Shown here piece after piece: positions 14,692-14,716 of a DNA stretch of 14,716 nucleotides. The DNA is from Candidatus Methylomirabilota bacterium. Its GTDB lineage: Bacteria > Methylomirabilota > Methylomirabilia > Rokubacteriales > CSP1-6. Positions within the stretch are counted from its first letter, which is position 1, and each line of letters opens with the position of its first letter. The position numbers and the translations under genes were made by a program. The stretch is from contig JBKPAK010000123.1 in the NCBI GenBank assembly GCA_046726415.1, forward strand, positions 1 to 14,716. Reading direction: 5' to 3'. The notes under the pieces were generated by a model. It was not told the origin of the DNA, ran no database searches, and saw only the letters and a program-made list of their open reading frames with translations.

Positions 14692-14716
14692 CTGTCTCTT
14701 ATACACATCTGACGCT
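14692..14716 (+). other. Nextera/Tn5 mosaic-end adapter sequence (library artefact)
   Basis: Exact CTGTCTCTTATACACATCT followed by GACGCT, the start of the Nextera adapter tail GACGCTGCCGACGA, at the sequence end. Confidence 0.98.

Noticed and set aside
14692-14710. Genuine Tn5/IS50 end
   Set aside because: It is the synthetic mosaic end followed by Nextera adapter bases at the sequence terminus.

Overview
A high-GC bacterial window that looks like an accessory, partly decaying region. Several gene remnants resemble families I associate with Ca. Rokubacteria/Methylomirabilota, which is inference only. From left to right: the probable left end of an IS; a minus-strand three-gene ECF sigma operon (sigma factor, small membrane anti-sigma candidate, and a protein fusing an STN-like domain, bactofilin-like repeats and transmembrane helices); a TcuA-like flavoprotein; several small remnants; a cupin-PhzF-LysE cluster divergent from a MocR/GabR regulator, with a 37-bp palindromic operator and a broken GH13 amylase gene between them; three abutting pseudogene fragments (HSL esterase, SDR, DinB); an intact prs; a truncated lipoprotein; a GNAT gene bracketed by two attC-like sites, plus a third attC-like site upstream and no integrase in the window (CALIN-like); an intact SDR; a truncated IS21-family istA with its repeat-rich end; and an untrimmed Nextera adapter at the 3' end. 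All family calls come from recalled motifs, not database searches.
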